A stretch of 20,711 bases of DNA from Tubiluchus corallicola. Its lineage: Eukaryota > Animalia > Priapulida. Every line of letters starts with the position of its first letter. Positions within the stretch are counted from its first letter, which is position 1. The translations under genes and the position numbers were made by a program. Under the pieces are notes generated by a model. It was not told the origin of the DNA and did not search any database. It saw nothing but the letters and a program-made list of their open reading frames with translations. Of this stretch, positions 10,778 to 20,711 are shown one piece after another. The DNA lies in contig JAQGDQ010001930.1 in assembly GCA_030141605.1 (NCBI GenBank), positions 1-20,711 on the forward strand. The letters run 5' to 3'.

Positions 10778-11217
10778 ATATAGACGCGCTCAGATGCGGG
10801 TAAGTCGTAAATTGGCTTCATCAAACTAAGTCTTAAGAAAGCTGAGTGCTTCTTTTATCCTTAAGGTGGATAGAGAAGATCATTAGCTGATTGGTCTACT
10901 CAATGCTGTGTTTTCAAGCTTAATAATTGCTTGACAATGAGAGCAAAAATTACCGCGAGCAAGTGAGGCATTAAAGATTGGAGTAATTAGAGGCAAAATA
11001 ATAGTATCATTATCGAGATACAATTACAAGATTGCAAGATAGAACTAGGTAACATACAGGAAAGCTCTTTGTGATTTGACTTGCTTAGACTTGGTAACCG
11101 TTGAATGGTAGACCAAGGAGAAGCTAAAGGTGGGTCAAAGTTGAAGGATGATCAAACATTTCCCAATCTTCAGTATTTGTGTTATTTTTCGGTCTAAAAC
11201 CCCAAAGTTGATTGTAG

Positions 11218-13103
11218 GACACTGGACGCTGGAAGTCAACAGCTAGACACTGGACGCTGGAAGTCAACAGCTAGACACTGGACGCTGGAAGTCAACAGCT
11301 AGACACTGGACGCTGGAAGTCAACAGCTAGACACTGGATGCTGGAAGTCAACAGCTAGACAGTGCGTGCTGGAAGTCAACAGCTAGACACTAGACGCTGG
11401 AAGTCAACAGCTAGACAGTGCATGCTGGAAGTCAACAGCTAGACAGTGCGTGCTGGAAGTCAACAGCTAGACACTGGACGCTGGAAGTCAACAGCTAGAC
11501 ACTGGACGCTGGAAGTCAACAGCTAGACACTGGACGCTGGAAGTCAACAGCTAGACACTGGACGCTGGAAGTCAACAGCTAGACACTGGAAGCTGGAAAT
11601 TAACAGCTAGGCACTGGACGCTGAAAGTCAACAGCTAGACACTGGACGCTGGAAGTCAACATCTAGACACTGGACGCTGGAAGTTAACAGCTAGACATTG
11701 GACGCCAGAAGTCAACAGCTAAACAGTGGATGCCGGAAGTCAACAGCTAGACACTGGACGCCAGAAGTCAACAGCTAGACACTGGACGCTGGAAGTCAAC
11801 AGCTACACACTGGACGCCGGAAGTCAACAGCTAGACACTGGACGCCAGAAGTCAACAGCTAGACACTGGACGCTGGAAGTCAACAGCTAGACACTGGACG
11901 CTGGAAGTCAACAGCTAGACACTGGACGCTGGAAGTCAACAGCTAGACACTGGACGCTGGAAGTCAACAGCTAGACACTGGAAGCTGGAAATCAACAGCT
12001 AGGCACTGGACGCTGAAAGTCAACAGCTAGACACTGGACGCTGGAAGTCAACATCTAGACACTGGACGCTGGAAGTTAACAGCTAGACATTGGACGCCAG
12101 AAGTCAACAGCTAAACAGTGGATGCCGGAAGTCAACAGCTAGACACTGGACGCCAGAAGTCAACAGCTAGACACTGGACGCTGGAAGTCAACAGCTACAC
12201 ACTGGATGCCGGAAGTCAACAGCTAGACACTGGACGCCAGAAGTCAACAGCTAGACACTGGACGCTGGAAGTCAACAGCTAGACATTGGACGCTGGAAGT
12301 CAACAGCTAGACATCGGACGCCAGAAGTCAACAGCTAAACAGTGGATGCTGGAAGTCAACAGCTAGACACGACGCCAGAAGTCAACAGCTAGACACTGGA
12401 CGTTGGAAGTCAACAGCTAAACAGTGCACGCTGGAAGTCAACAGCTAAACAGTGGACGCTGGAAGTCAACAGCTAAACACTGGATGCTGGAAATCAGCAG
12501 CTAGACACTGGATGCTGGAAGTCAACAGCTAGACAGTGCGTGCTGGAAGTCAACAGCTAGACAGTGCGTGCTGGAAGTCAACAGCTAGACAGTGCGTGCT
12601 GGAAGTCAACAGCTAGCCACTAGACGCTGGAAGTCAACAGCTACACAGTGCGTGCTGGAAGTCAACAGCTAGACAGTGCGTGCTGGAAGTCAACAGCTAG
12701 CCACTAGACGATGGAAGTCAACAGCTACACACTGGATGCTGGAAGTCAACAGCTACACACTGGAAGCTGGAAGTGAACAGCTAGACACTAGACGGTGGAA
12801 GTGAACAGCTAGACACTGGACACTGGAAGTCAACAGCTAGACATTGGACGCTGGAAGTGAACAGCTAGACATTGGACGCTGGAAGTCAACAGCTAGACAC
12901 TGGACGCTGGAAGTCAACAGCTAAACAGTGGACGCTGGAAGTCAACAGCTAGACACTGGACGCTGGAAGTGAACAGCTAGACATTGGACGCTGGAAGTCA
13001 ACAGCTAGACACTGGACGCTGGAAGTCAACAGCTAGCCACTGGACGCTGGGAGTGAACAGCTATACACTGGACACCAGAAACCAGCACCCCGACATTGGA
13101 TGC
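11218..13103. repeat. 28-bp minisatellite, about 66-67 units (GACACTGGACGCTGGAAGTCAACAGCTA)
   Basis: Period 28 (ACTGGACGCT at 11221, 11249 and onward). Units are head-to-tail with no spacers and degenerate at the 3' edge. Confidence 0.98.
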
Positions 13104-13244
13104 TTTGAATTACCGCAGGCTTAATATTGATCTGAAGCAACCTTGAAGTTTTAGCCATTTACGTTTTTTTAACCAGGAGTGAAATGGACAAAAAATTGTC
13201 TAAATCAGTAATGCAACTCTGTAAGTGAAGACGTCGTATGTTGT

Positions 13245-13392
13245 TAACCTGCCTGAAGCTTGTCAATGGTTGAAAGCTTTTCTCACGGGCAACTCATTCA
13301 CAGAGTTATTGACCAAATCATGCAGTTCCTTTCCTGTACAGTTTAATAAACCTCAATATCGCATCGGGCACTCAGCTATTAATGTTGGATAA
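13245..13392 (+). mobile_element. Possible decayed LINE reverse-transcriptase fragment
   Basis: CQWLKAFLTG (W at 13267) ... KSCSS...KPQ resembles the RT stretch WxxSFLxxRxQxV...SS...GVPQG. Heavily degenerate. Confidence 0.35.
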
Positions 13393-13409
13393 TTGTGGGG
13401 GACCAAATT

Positions 13410-13681
13410 CAGTCCATCTAGGGTAGTCCAGCCAATGTAGGATACTGAACTGGTAGACTGTTTTTCCCACTCTGCTAGTTAAAGACATGCAGAGGGTATT
13501 GGTAACGCATCCGGTTTCCATCTGGGTGGTTCAATAATGGGGTCCAGTCTAAAAATGGTACCTGTTGTTGTCCTGCCAGGCGCATGGTAGTTAGGGTAAA
13601 AATCGGGTAACAACAATCTCTGTTATATAGGTGTAGAATTATTATTTGCAGTCGGTAAAAAGCCTTTTGAGCTGATGTCAA
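13410..13681 (-). mobile_element. Possible Penelope-like RT remnant
   Basis: The minus-strand ORF contains CYPIFTLTTMRLAGQQQVPFLDW...DG and, past a stop, LPVQYPTLAGLP. This recalls PLE RT IYPxxLxL...FLDL...G...FxIVNFPxLxSNIP. Confidence 0.35.
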
Positions 13682-13720
13682 TTGTTCATCACATCCAGAC
13701 TTTAAATAAAAATTATGATG

Positions 13721-13874
<154 letters not shown>

Positions 13875-14309
13875 ATGGGGAGGTCAGTAGACAAAAGCAA
13901 TTAAAAAAATTAAGCACTCAGAAGCTGTTTACGTGTTGATCACCCATCCATTTACTAACTAGGTCTAGTACTGCTTAACTCTCGTAACCATTACATACAG
14001 TGACTACTCGGTTTATTTGTAAGTATTTTGTAATATAATGTAATAACTTTCTTAAATATCGCTGAGTATGATATATTGAATTAAAGTGTTTTGAATTTAA
14101 ATTGAATTGTCACTAGATTTTTGGAGAACCACAATTCTGAATAAAAGAAACGGTTCAACAACTGCTGATGAAAATAGAGTAGATTCCACCAAATTCGTCA
14201 TCAGACGCAAAACAAGAAACAAAACAAAGTTCAAAAACCTTTTGATAATGAAATGATAAATTAAGTAATGTTTCAATAGTCGTTTGTGTCTTGCTTTTTT
14301 AGTATCAAT

Positions 14310-15345
14310 CGAACTGAACTAAACTGATAAGTGTAAGAAACTGAATTGAGTTGAATTGAACTGAGTAAAAAAGTTTTATGGACTAAACTGTATTGAACTG
14401 AATCAAAAAGTATAATGAATTTAGTTCAACTACAAAATGTAATGAATTAAACTGTATTGAACTGAACTAAAAAGTGCAGTGAAATAAATAGAATAGCATT
14501 GATTTGAATTGAACTGAACTAAAAAATGCAGTGAAATGAATAGAATAGCATTGATTTGAATTGAACTGAACTAAATAATGCAGTGAAATAAATAGAATAG
14601 CATTGATTTGAATTGAACTGAACTAAAAAATGCAGTGAAATGAATAGAATAGAATTGATTTGAATTGAACTGAATTAAAAAGTGCAGTGAAATAAATAGA
14701 ATTGAATTGATTTGAATTGAACTGAACTAAATAATGCAGTGAAATGAATAGAATAGCACTGATTTGAATTGAACTGAACTAAAAAATGCAGTGAAATGAA
14801 TAGAATAGAATTGATTTGAATTGAACTGAATTAAAAAGTGCAGTGAAATAAATAGAATTGAATTGATTTGAATTGAACTGAACTGAATAATGCAGTGAAA
14901 TGAATAGAATAGAATTGATTTGAATTGAACTGAATTAAAAAGTGCAGTGAAATAAATAGAATTGAGTTGATTTGAATTGAACTGAACTAAATAATGCAGT
15001 GAAATGAATAGAATAGAATTGATTTGAATTGAACTGAATTAAAAAGTGTGGTGAAATAAATAGAATTGAATTGATTTGAATTGAACTGAACTAAAAAGTG
15101 TAGTGAAATAAATAGAATTGAGTTGATTTGAATTGAACTGAACTAAATAATGCAGTGAAATGAATAGAATAGAATTGATTTGAATTGAACTGAATTAAAA
15201 AGTGCAGTGAAATAAATAGAATTGAATTGATTTGAATTGAACTGAACTAAAAAGTGTAGTGAAATAAATAGAATTGAACTGAACTTCGCTAAACAATGTA
15301 ACGAACCGAACCAGAATGAAACTGAGCTTAGCTAAACTGATCTGA
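14310..15345. repeat. 52-bp satellite (about 16 clean units at 14459-15284) built from GAANT-like pentamers, with degenerate pentamer flanks
   Basis: GCAGTGAAAT recurs at 14476, 14528, 14580 and 14632 (period 52). The unit is GAACT GAACT AAAAA AT GCAGT GAAAT GAATA GAATA GCATT GATTT GAATT. Confidence 0.95.
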
Positions 15346-15685
15346 ATGAGACAGTCTGACAGTTAGCTAACCTTTATAACGTCACTAAATTTAGAACTAA
15401 TCAATCTAAAAGCTGACCTGATGCGTGGGAGTGAAGCCAAAACCATTTGCGCAGACGTAGCGTGGTTTTACACGGGAATGGGTTTTTTACGACGCCGTCT
15501 ATCCTTGAAGCCAGATCACTTTGATGCGGGGAGTTTGGTTTGCGCATGCGCGTTAGCGTTGCAAATTATGCCAAGCGTGCTAAGAGCATATTCTGTGTGT
15601 AAATTGAAGAAAATGCGTATGTTAGCCTTTGTTAACGAGTTGGTTTATATTACATTACGACTGAAAACGTTCACGGCATTTGTAG

Positions 15686-15763
15686 TGTTGTTGTTGTTGT
15701 TGCTGTTGTTGTTGTTGTTGTTGTTGTCGTTGTTGTTGTCGTTGTTGTCGTTGTTGTTGTTGT
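15686..15763. repeat. (TTG)n microsatellite
   Basis: TTG/TCG/CTG triplets. Confidence 0.95.
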
Positions 15764-15839
15764 CTTTGTATCGGAACAATATCTTTGTATAGCTAAAGGT
15801 CATATATCAATGCGAATATGTCAAAATGAACATTAAGTT

Positions 15840-15900
15840 ATGATGATGACGATAATGACGATGATGACGATGATGATGATGATAATGATGATGATGTTGT

Positions 15901-15953
<53 letters not shown>

Positions 15954-15996
15954 CTGATGCTGATGTTGTTGCTGTTGCTGTTGCTGCTGCCGCTGC
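15840..15996. repeat. Compound (ATG)n then (TTG/CTG)n microsatellite
   Basis: ATG/ACG triplets at 15840-15896, followed by alternating TTG CTG. Confidence 0.95.
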
Positions 15997-16548
15997 AAAA
16001 AAACAAAAATCAAATCACAATTGACGTCAGATATCACCCAAAACTCTAAGCTCAGTTTCAATGAGTGCACAAGTTTTTCCTGTTTAGGTCTGGGGGGGGG
16101 AGGCAAAGGAGGATTGCTACAAAATATAACAAATTTATTGTATGCATAGTCTACGTACTGACTAAGTGACTGATACCCATGGTCATACTGCTTTCACAGG
16201 AAGTATGCGTTTAGCCTGTAAGGCTTTTTGGAAGGTTGTATAAATATAAATGGCAGTATAAGTGACATTTTTAATTCATCATATATTAGATACACCTCCT
16301 TCATTTTAAATGCTTGCATTGTAATAGCATTTTTATAATATTCCTTTTTTATTTCATTTATTACTTATTTTGCTCATTTGCACCTTGTGTATTTTTAGCA
16401 CTTGTATGTTTACTTGTATTTCAGTATATAATTTCACTATAATTTTGTGGCACCCGTGTACTGAATTAAAAATAAAATTCGAAAATTCTAAATAGTTTCT
16501 TGTTTAATATGATCGGAATAATGTGTTTTTTTCTTTTTGGGTCACCAG

Positions 16549-16692
16549 GTACTTGGATCACAACAACATTACTCACGTAGACGACTACGCTTTCAGGAAT
16601 AATGGTTTGCTCAACACTCTGACTCTAAGCGTCAATCCCATATTCAATGTCAGTAGGAACGCTTTCTCTAATCTTCCCAACCTTAAGAAACT
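16549..16692 (+). CDS. Internal coding exon (144 bp, phase 2-2) encoding two extracellular LRRs; LGR type-B-like
   Basis: Acceptor TTTTTTTCTTTTTGGGTCACCAG| and donor |GTAAGT. Translation (L)YLDHNNITHVDDYAFRNNGLLNTLTLSVNPIFNVSRNAFSNLPNLKK(L), with N-glycosylation sequons NIT and NVS. Resembles the recalled LGR4/5 segment AFxGNPLLxTIHxxxNPxxFVGxSAFxNL. Confidence 0.9.
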
Positions 16693-16724
16693 GTAAGTAC
16701 AGGCAGCTCCGCGTTTACGTAATC

Positions 16725-17036
16725 AGCCTTTTCACAGTTTTGTTGTGCGCACGCGCATTTGCTGTAGGTCAAAGGTTAAGTGTACCTCAGCAACGCATGT
16801 CGACTACAACCGTCACGAGAGATTTAGGTAAAGCAAGGCGCTCAGCCGCATCAGTTAAGTAATGTCCGTTGCTTTACGTGGACTTTACTTAATTATGCAT
16901 TCATCTGTGCGTAGAGTGATTTACTAACAAGATCTTACTTGGGGACAAGAAAAAAATGAACTAGGTGAGGTTCTAGCTAGCTGTTAAAACTGTTACTATT
17001 ACAATAGCATGGGCTGCGAGGCATTCTCAAGTGTAC
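16725..17036 (+). mobile_element. MITE family B, 3'-truncated copy, 32 bp downstream of the LRR exon
   Basis: Homologous to 1114-1403 and 9395-9684. Confidence 0.85.
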
Positions 17037-17369
17037 TGTAACGTCCATTTCAGCTTCCCACATAAACGGACTTGTGCAGTGGCTTGCGTCATGTGAGTGT
17101 GGTGTTTGTTCAGTTGGTCTGTCAGTTGGTTGGTCATCTCGGTTGCAGAGTTAGGAAAGAAAACACAAACTCTACTCATTTTTGGCCCTTCTATGCTGTG
17201 CATATCATTATGTATTCTACCTTTTGTTCAAATGTGGAAGTAAAATACCATTAGCATTAAAAAGATCTTTTCTATAGCCTATAAACCATAATGGCCACTA
17301 GCTAAGGTTAGTAAGTACTGCGGGAGGGCCAGTTTAATCGCTTGTAATGATAGCTGTAGGAAGCCAGCG

Positions 17370-17800
17370 TATACATATGCCTACGTCTACTCTCACAGGT
17401 ATCGAAAAGAGGTCAGCAATTTTATTCCAGGTACGGCACGTAGACTGATATGACGTGCAAGTAATATTGTCCACGTAGTCAGTTATATTGTATGGTGACT
17501 TTGTTCATGAGGTCTGAAACCATTGGACAACTGAGTGGGCAGATGTTTTTGGTGGTAGAGATTTCCACGAAGTTTGGTGACAATTAAGACTTTGTCTCAT
17601 TGCTGTGATCGTATTGTTGGGAAGTGCTGTGGGCGTACCGACAAACCGTTGACAGGCGGATCCATGTTTGAGGTGACGAGGCACCCCCAGTACGGTAACA
17701 ACCCAGAGACAGTAAGTTGCACGATTTAGTATTTGCTTATCTGATGTTAGCAGTTGCGTGGAAGTTGGACTTAACCTCCTTGCTATTCGAGAAATTGGTA
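17370..17800 (+). mobile_element. Decayed RNase H-containing LINE (I/Nimb-like) 3' fragment
   Basis: Collinear degenerate motifs across frameshifts and stops: YVYSH-GIE (about 17382-17406; cf. WVPSHxGIxGNE), ILYGDF...HWTTEW, GDEAP (17672) and CTI*YLLI*C (17718-17747; cf. LTVxHILxxC). Confidence 0.45.
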
Positions 17801-18263
17801 GTGATAGTAATAGACACTGAGCTGCAACCTCATCATAGAGGCGCCCCACGTTAAACTTGGTACTACGCAACCTCCATGGTGAGATAATGCCGGTTGATCA
17901 TCGTAGCGCTAGCGAGGACTACATCATTTGGGGTGGAATGTAGTTAGGTAAATAGGTACTCCTTTTAGTTAGGTTTAGCTGTTGTGCATTATTTGCCAAT
18001 TTATTTGTTTGTTTATCGACTTGATAGTGTAAGTCTACTGTAAGTAGATACCGTAATATTTAGCACATTCAAACGTAGTTAAATTAGTGCTTGACTAATG
18101 ATAGTGTTTTTTTATACATTTTTTATTTGTTTGCTTAATAATTATTTCTACAATATTTATGCAATTGATTGTTTGTGCATTAGTTGCCTACACATCGTCG
18201 TTTGCATTATCACAGTGAGTACAACAGGTTACTCCAAGCAAAGTAAACTGCACATCCCACATC

Positions 18264-18420
<157 letters not shown>

Positions 18421-18669
18421 CATCATCATGATCATCATCATCGTCATCGCCACCATCGCCGTCGTTATCATCATCATCGTCGTCGTCGTCATCATCATCA
18501 CCATCATCTTCTTTATCGTCATCATCATCATCATCATCATCAGCATAAGTTTATTCTATGGAGGGAGATGGCTGAGTGTGAAAACGTTACAATGTACAAG
18601 CGAATGCTTTTTGTAATTTTGCACGAATTTGTGTTACTAAGATGCTTTACACTCGTTTTTCTTTTGCAG

Positions 18670-18813
18670 TTCATTAGCAAACTGTCGTGTGGAGACAATT
18701 TCGCCAAGAGCTTTTCACGGTCTTTCGAACTTGATCAATCTATTTCTGGACAACAATCGATTACTGAGTATTCCGTCCGAATCTCTTTTACCTCTTCGCA
18801 GTTTGCAAGTATT
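18670..18813 (+). CDS. Duplicate of the 5450-5593 two-LRR exon (identical sequence and splice sites)
   Basis: Same acceptor, donor and 144-bp sequence. Joins the 16549 exon in frame (CT|T = Leu). Confidence 0.8.
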
Positions 18814-19074
18814 GTAAGTTCATGTGGTTTCATGCATGTATAGGTGTGGGTTTGATTGTCGATAAGATTAAATTTTGCAAGATTTCTTTTGTCACGTATA
18901 TCGGGTGGTTCGAAAATGTGCCGAAGTTTTGATCACGATGTTATATGGAGAAAATAACAGTGAAAATGACTGCAGATGTGAATGAGCCTTTACACGTGCT
19001 ACTTATGGAGTAAAACTACTGTTCTTTCCTATTGTTCTTGCCTTCAGTTTGGTATTCTGCTATTGCAAAGTTAA

Positions 19075-20559
19075 AGGAAAGGTCAAGTCTTCTGGAAAGC
19101 TAGAACTGATTTCAATGTTCGCGAGAAATGTTAGAAGGATTTAGTAACAAAACTGCAATAAGCGCCTCATGTAATTAGTAAAATCACTTTAAAGTCGCGA
19201 TCACTTCATGCTTGGACGCTCCCATTTTCAATGCCCATTCATGTTCCAATGACGTCATTCGTCTTGAAGAAAAGTAGCGCACTGTCAACCTTCGTGAAAG
19301 CATAACTAGTTTTTACAAAACATTTGACAGTTAATTGTGTAATATTTTTGTGTGAACCTTAGGTAAACTGCAAAAGTTTGAATTACTTTAAGCAGCACGC
19401 GTTTACGGAAAGCTACGATGCGCTTACGAAAAGTCACGAAGGCTCCCAGTTGCGCCATAATATTCAATAACATTTGTAGATGTTACCAGTTTTGTTCTTT
19501 GTATGTGTGCATAAATGTGATTTTTTTTGTTTTGCTTTGCAAAGTTAGAATTTTGTGAGTGTTTATATTAAGCGGAAAGTAATTAATGATTGTAGATTTC
19601 AAAGTAGATTTATTATAGACGCTATTGCTTTCATCAGTTCTCCGACTGTTTGTACACAAAAATTTTATGTATTTTGTACAGTACAGTTTGTGTACACTAA
19701 TTACAATAAAGACTATTATTATTATTATTATTTTTATTATATAAGTGAACGGCAGCAACCACCACGCTTGAAAATTTCTATCCAGAAGAAAGTATATTTT
19801 AAATTTATGTTTTACAGAGTTTTTTTTGCAAATTTCTTTGTTGTATTTTTCTGAGTTTAAAGCACAATAAAACCAAGTCCAAGTTTAAACATAAAGCTTA
19901 AAAAATTCGTTTTGAAATTTTATATCACTTACGTACTGCCTTTTTGCGTGCAGGACTTCAATCGGCAGTCAAGCTGTATAAAACATGTAAATTTAAACTC
20001 CCGTGATGACCGTTAGACGCAGCCATTTTCACGACAGGTCATTTGAAACAAGTTTAGATAACATTGTGTAAAGTTTGAAAAAATAATCAGAGTATTCGTA
20101 GCGCACATGTCACTAACTAAATAAAATTTAAAATTACTGTATCTTGTCAATAAGAGGGCGAGTCAGCGACATTTTACCAATTGGTGAAAACATTTTAAAT
20201 AATGAATAATTTTCTTTTCTAGTTACATAAGTCTTTCTAGTAGGTAAGCGAAAATCTAAGTAATATAGGTTTCCACGGAAAGTCTTTTGAGACATAATTT
20301 AACATTGCCTTTTCTTCCCTTGATTTACGTTTGGTTTCATGACGTCATGTAATGGCGACTTCGGAACAGTATTGCAGGAGATTCAAAATGAAAACAAACG
20401 AAAATTCCTTACGGTGCGAGTACGATATACGCGTAAAATTGCTATAAAGTAATATAATTTTTTAAAGGCGATTTTTCTGAAACCTACTTCAGGTACCCCT
20501 TTTCTTGTCCTGTAAGTGGTAACAGTAAAATAAACATACTGACAGACTTGTTCTTTCCT
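19075..20559. mobile_element. Duplicated copy of the 5855-7339 Kolobok-like composite
   Basis: Same termini: TTAA + AGGAAAGGTCAAGTC ... GACTTGTTCTTTCCT + TTAG. Confidence 0.55.
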
Positions 20560-20711
20560 TTAGCCACAGGCTGTAGTTAAATGATGTTTTCATAATCTGA
20601 AGTAACATGTGGTACGATATCTGTTTTCGAACGCAAATTTCAAATATAATGAGCAGTTATAACGACTTGTTAACGAGCAGGAGCAATGGATTCGTTGTAC
20701 TAATTATTTAG

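Larger units (their letters stand above)
18422..20711 (+). repeat. Segmental duplication, copy 2 (runs off the window end)
   Basis: Matches 5211-7491, with about 10 differences seen by eye. Confidence 0.97.

Noticed and set aside
11218-13103. CRISPR array (28-bp repeats)
   Set aside because: Units are contiguous with no unique spacers, there are no cas genes, and the context is eukaryotic. It is also not coding: the period is not divisible by 3 and CTAG puts stops in all frames.
13177-13220. Candidate 44-bp exon (TTTTTTAACCAG..GTAAGT); also 7530-7594
   Set aside because: Lengths are not multiples of 3 and there is no LRR pattern, so these are probably chance splice-like sites.
14459-15284. 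Heat-shock element array (nGAAn)
   Set aside because: The pentamers are direct repeats, whereas canonical HSEs need alternating nGAAn/nTTCn.
15807-16106. Poly-Gln/poly-His transcription-factor-like ORF
   Set aside because: Compound microsatellite with no domain and no convincing splice structure.
16130-16490. Possible further LINE 3' tail; also 10778-11200 on the minus strand
   Set aside because: Motif similarity is too degenerate to support without a search.

Overview
AT-rich, repeat-dense animal genomic DNA (probably a marine invertebrate; this is an inference). It is not prokaryotic: no operons, rRNA, tRNA or CRISPR are visible, and nearly all ORFs in the supplied track are microsatellite or transposon artefacts. 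The only convincing coding sequence is three 144-bp, phase-2/phase-2 exons on the + strand (5450-5593, 16549-16692, 18670-18813). Each encodes exactly two 24-aa extracellular leucine-rich repeats resembling type-B LGR (bursicon receptor/rickets, LGR4/5/6) ectodomain repeats, and none is annotated in its correct frame by the ORF track. The first and third exons are identical because 5211-7491 is repeated almost perfectly at 18422-20711 (offset about 13,220 bp). The left breakpoint of this duplication lies inside a trinucleotide microsatellite, so it is either a very recent in-frame exon duplication or an assembly/haplotype artefact. The introns hold TTAA-flanked Kolobok-like MITEs, a hAT-like MITE, a three-copy foldback MITE family carrying a DR1-like motif, several decayed LINE/Penelope remnants, a 28-bp minisatellite with a 14-mer higher-order repeat, a 52-bp pentamer-derived satellite and many trinucleotide microsatellites.
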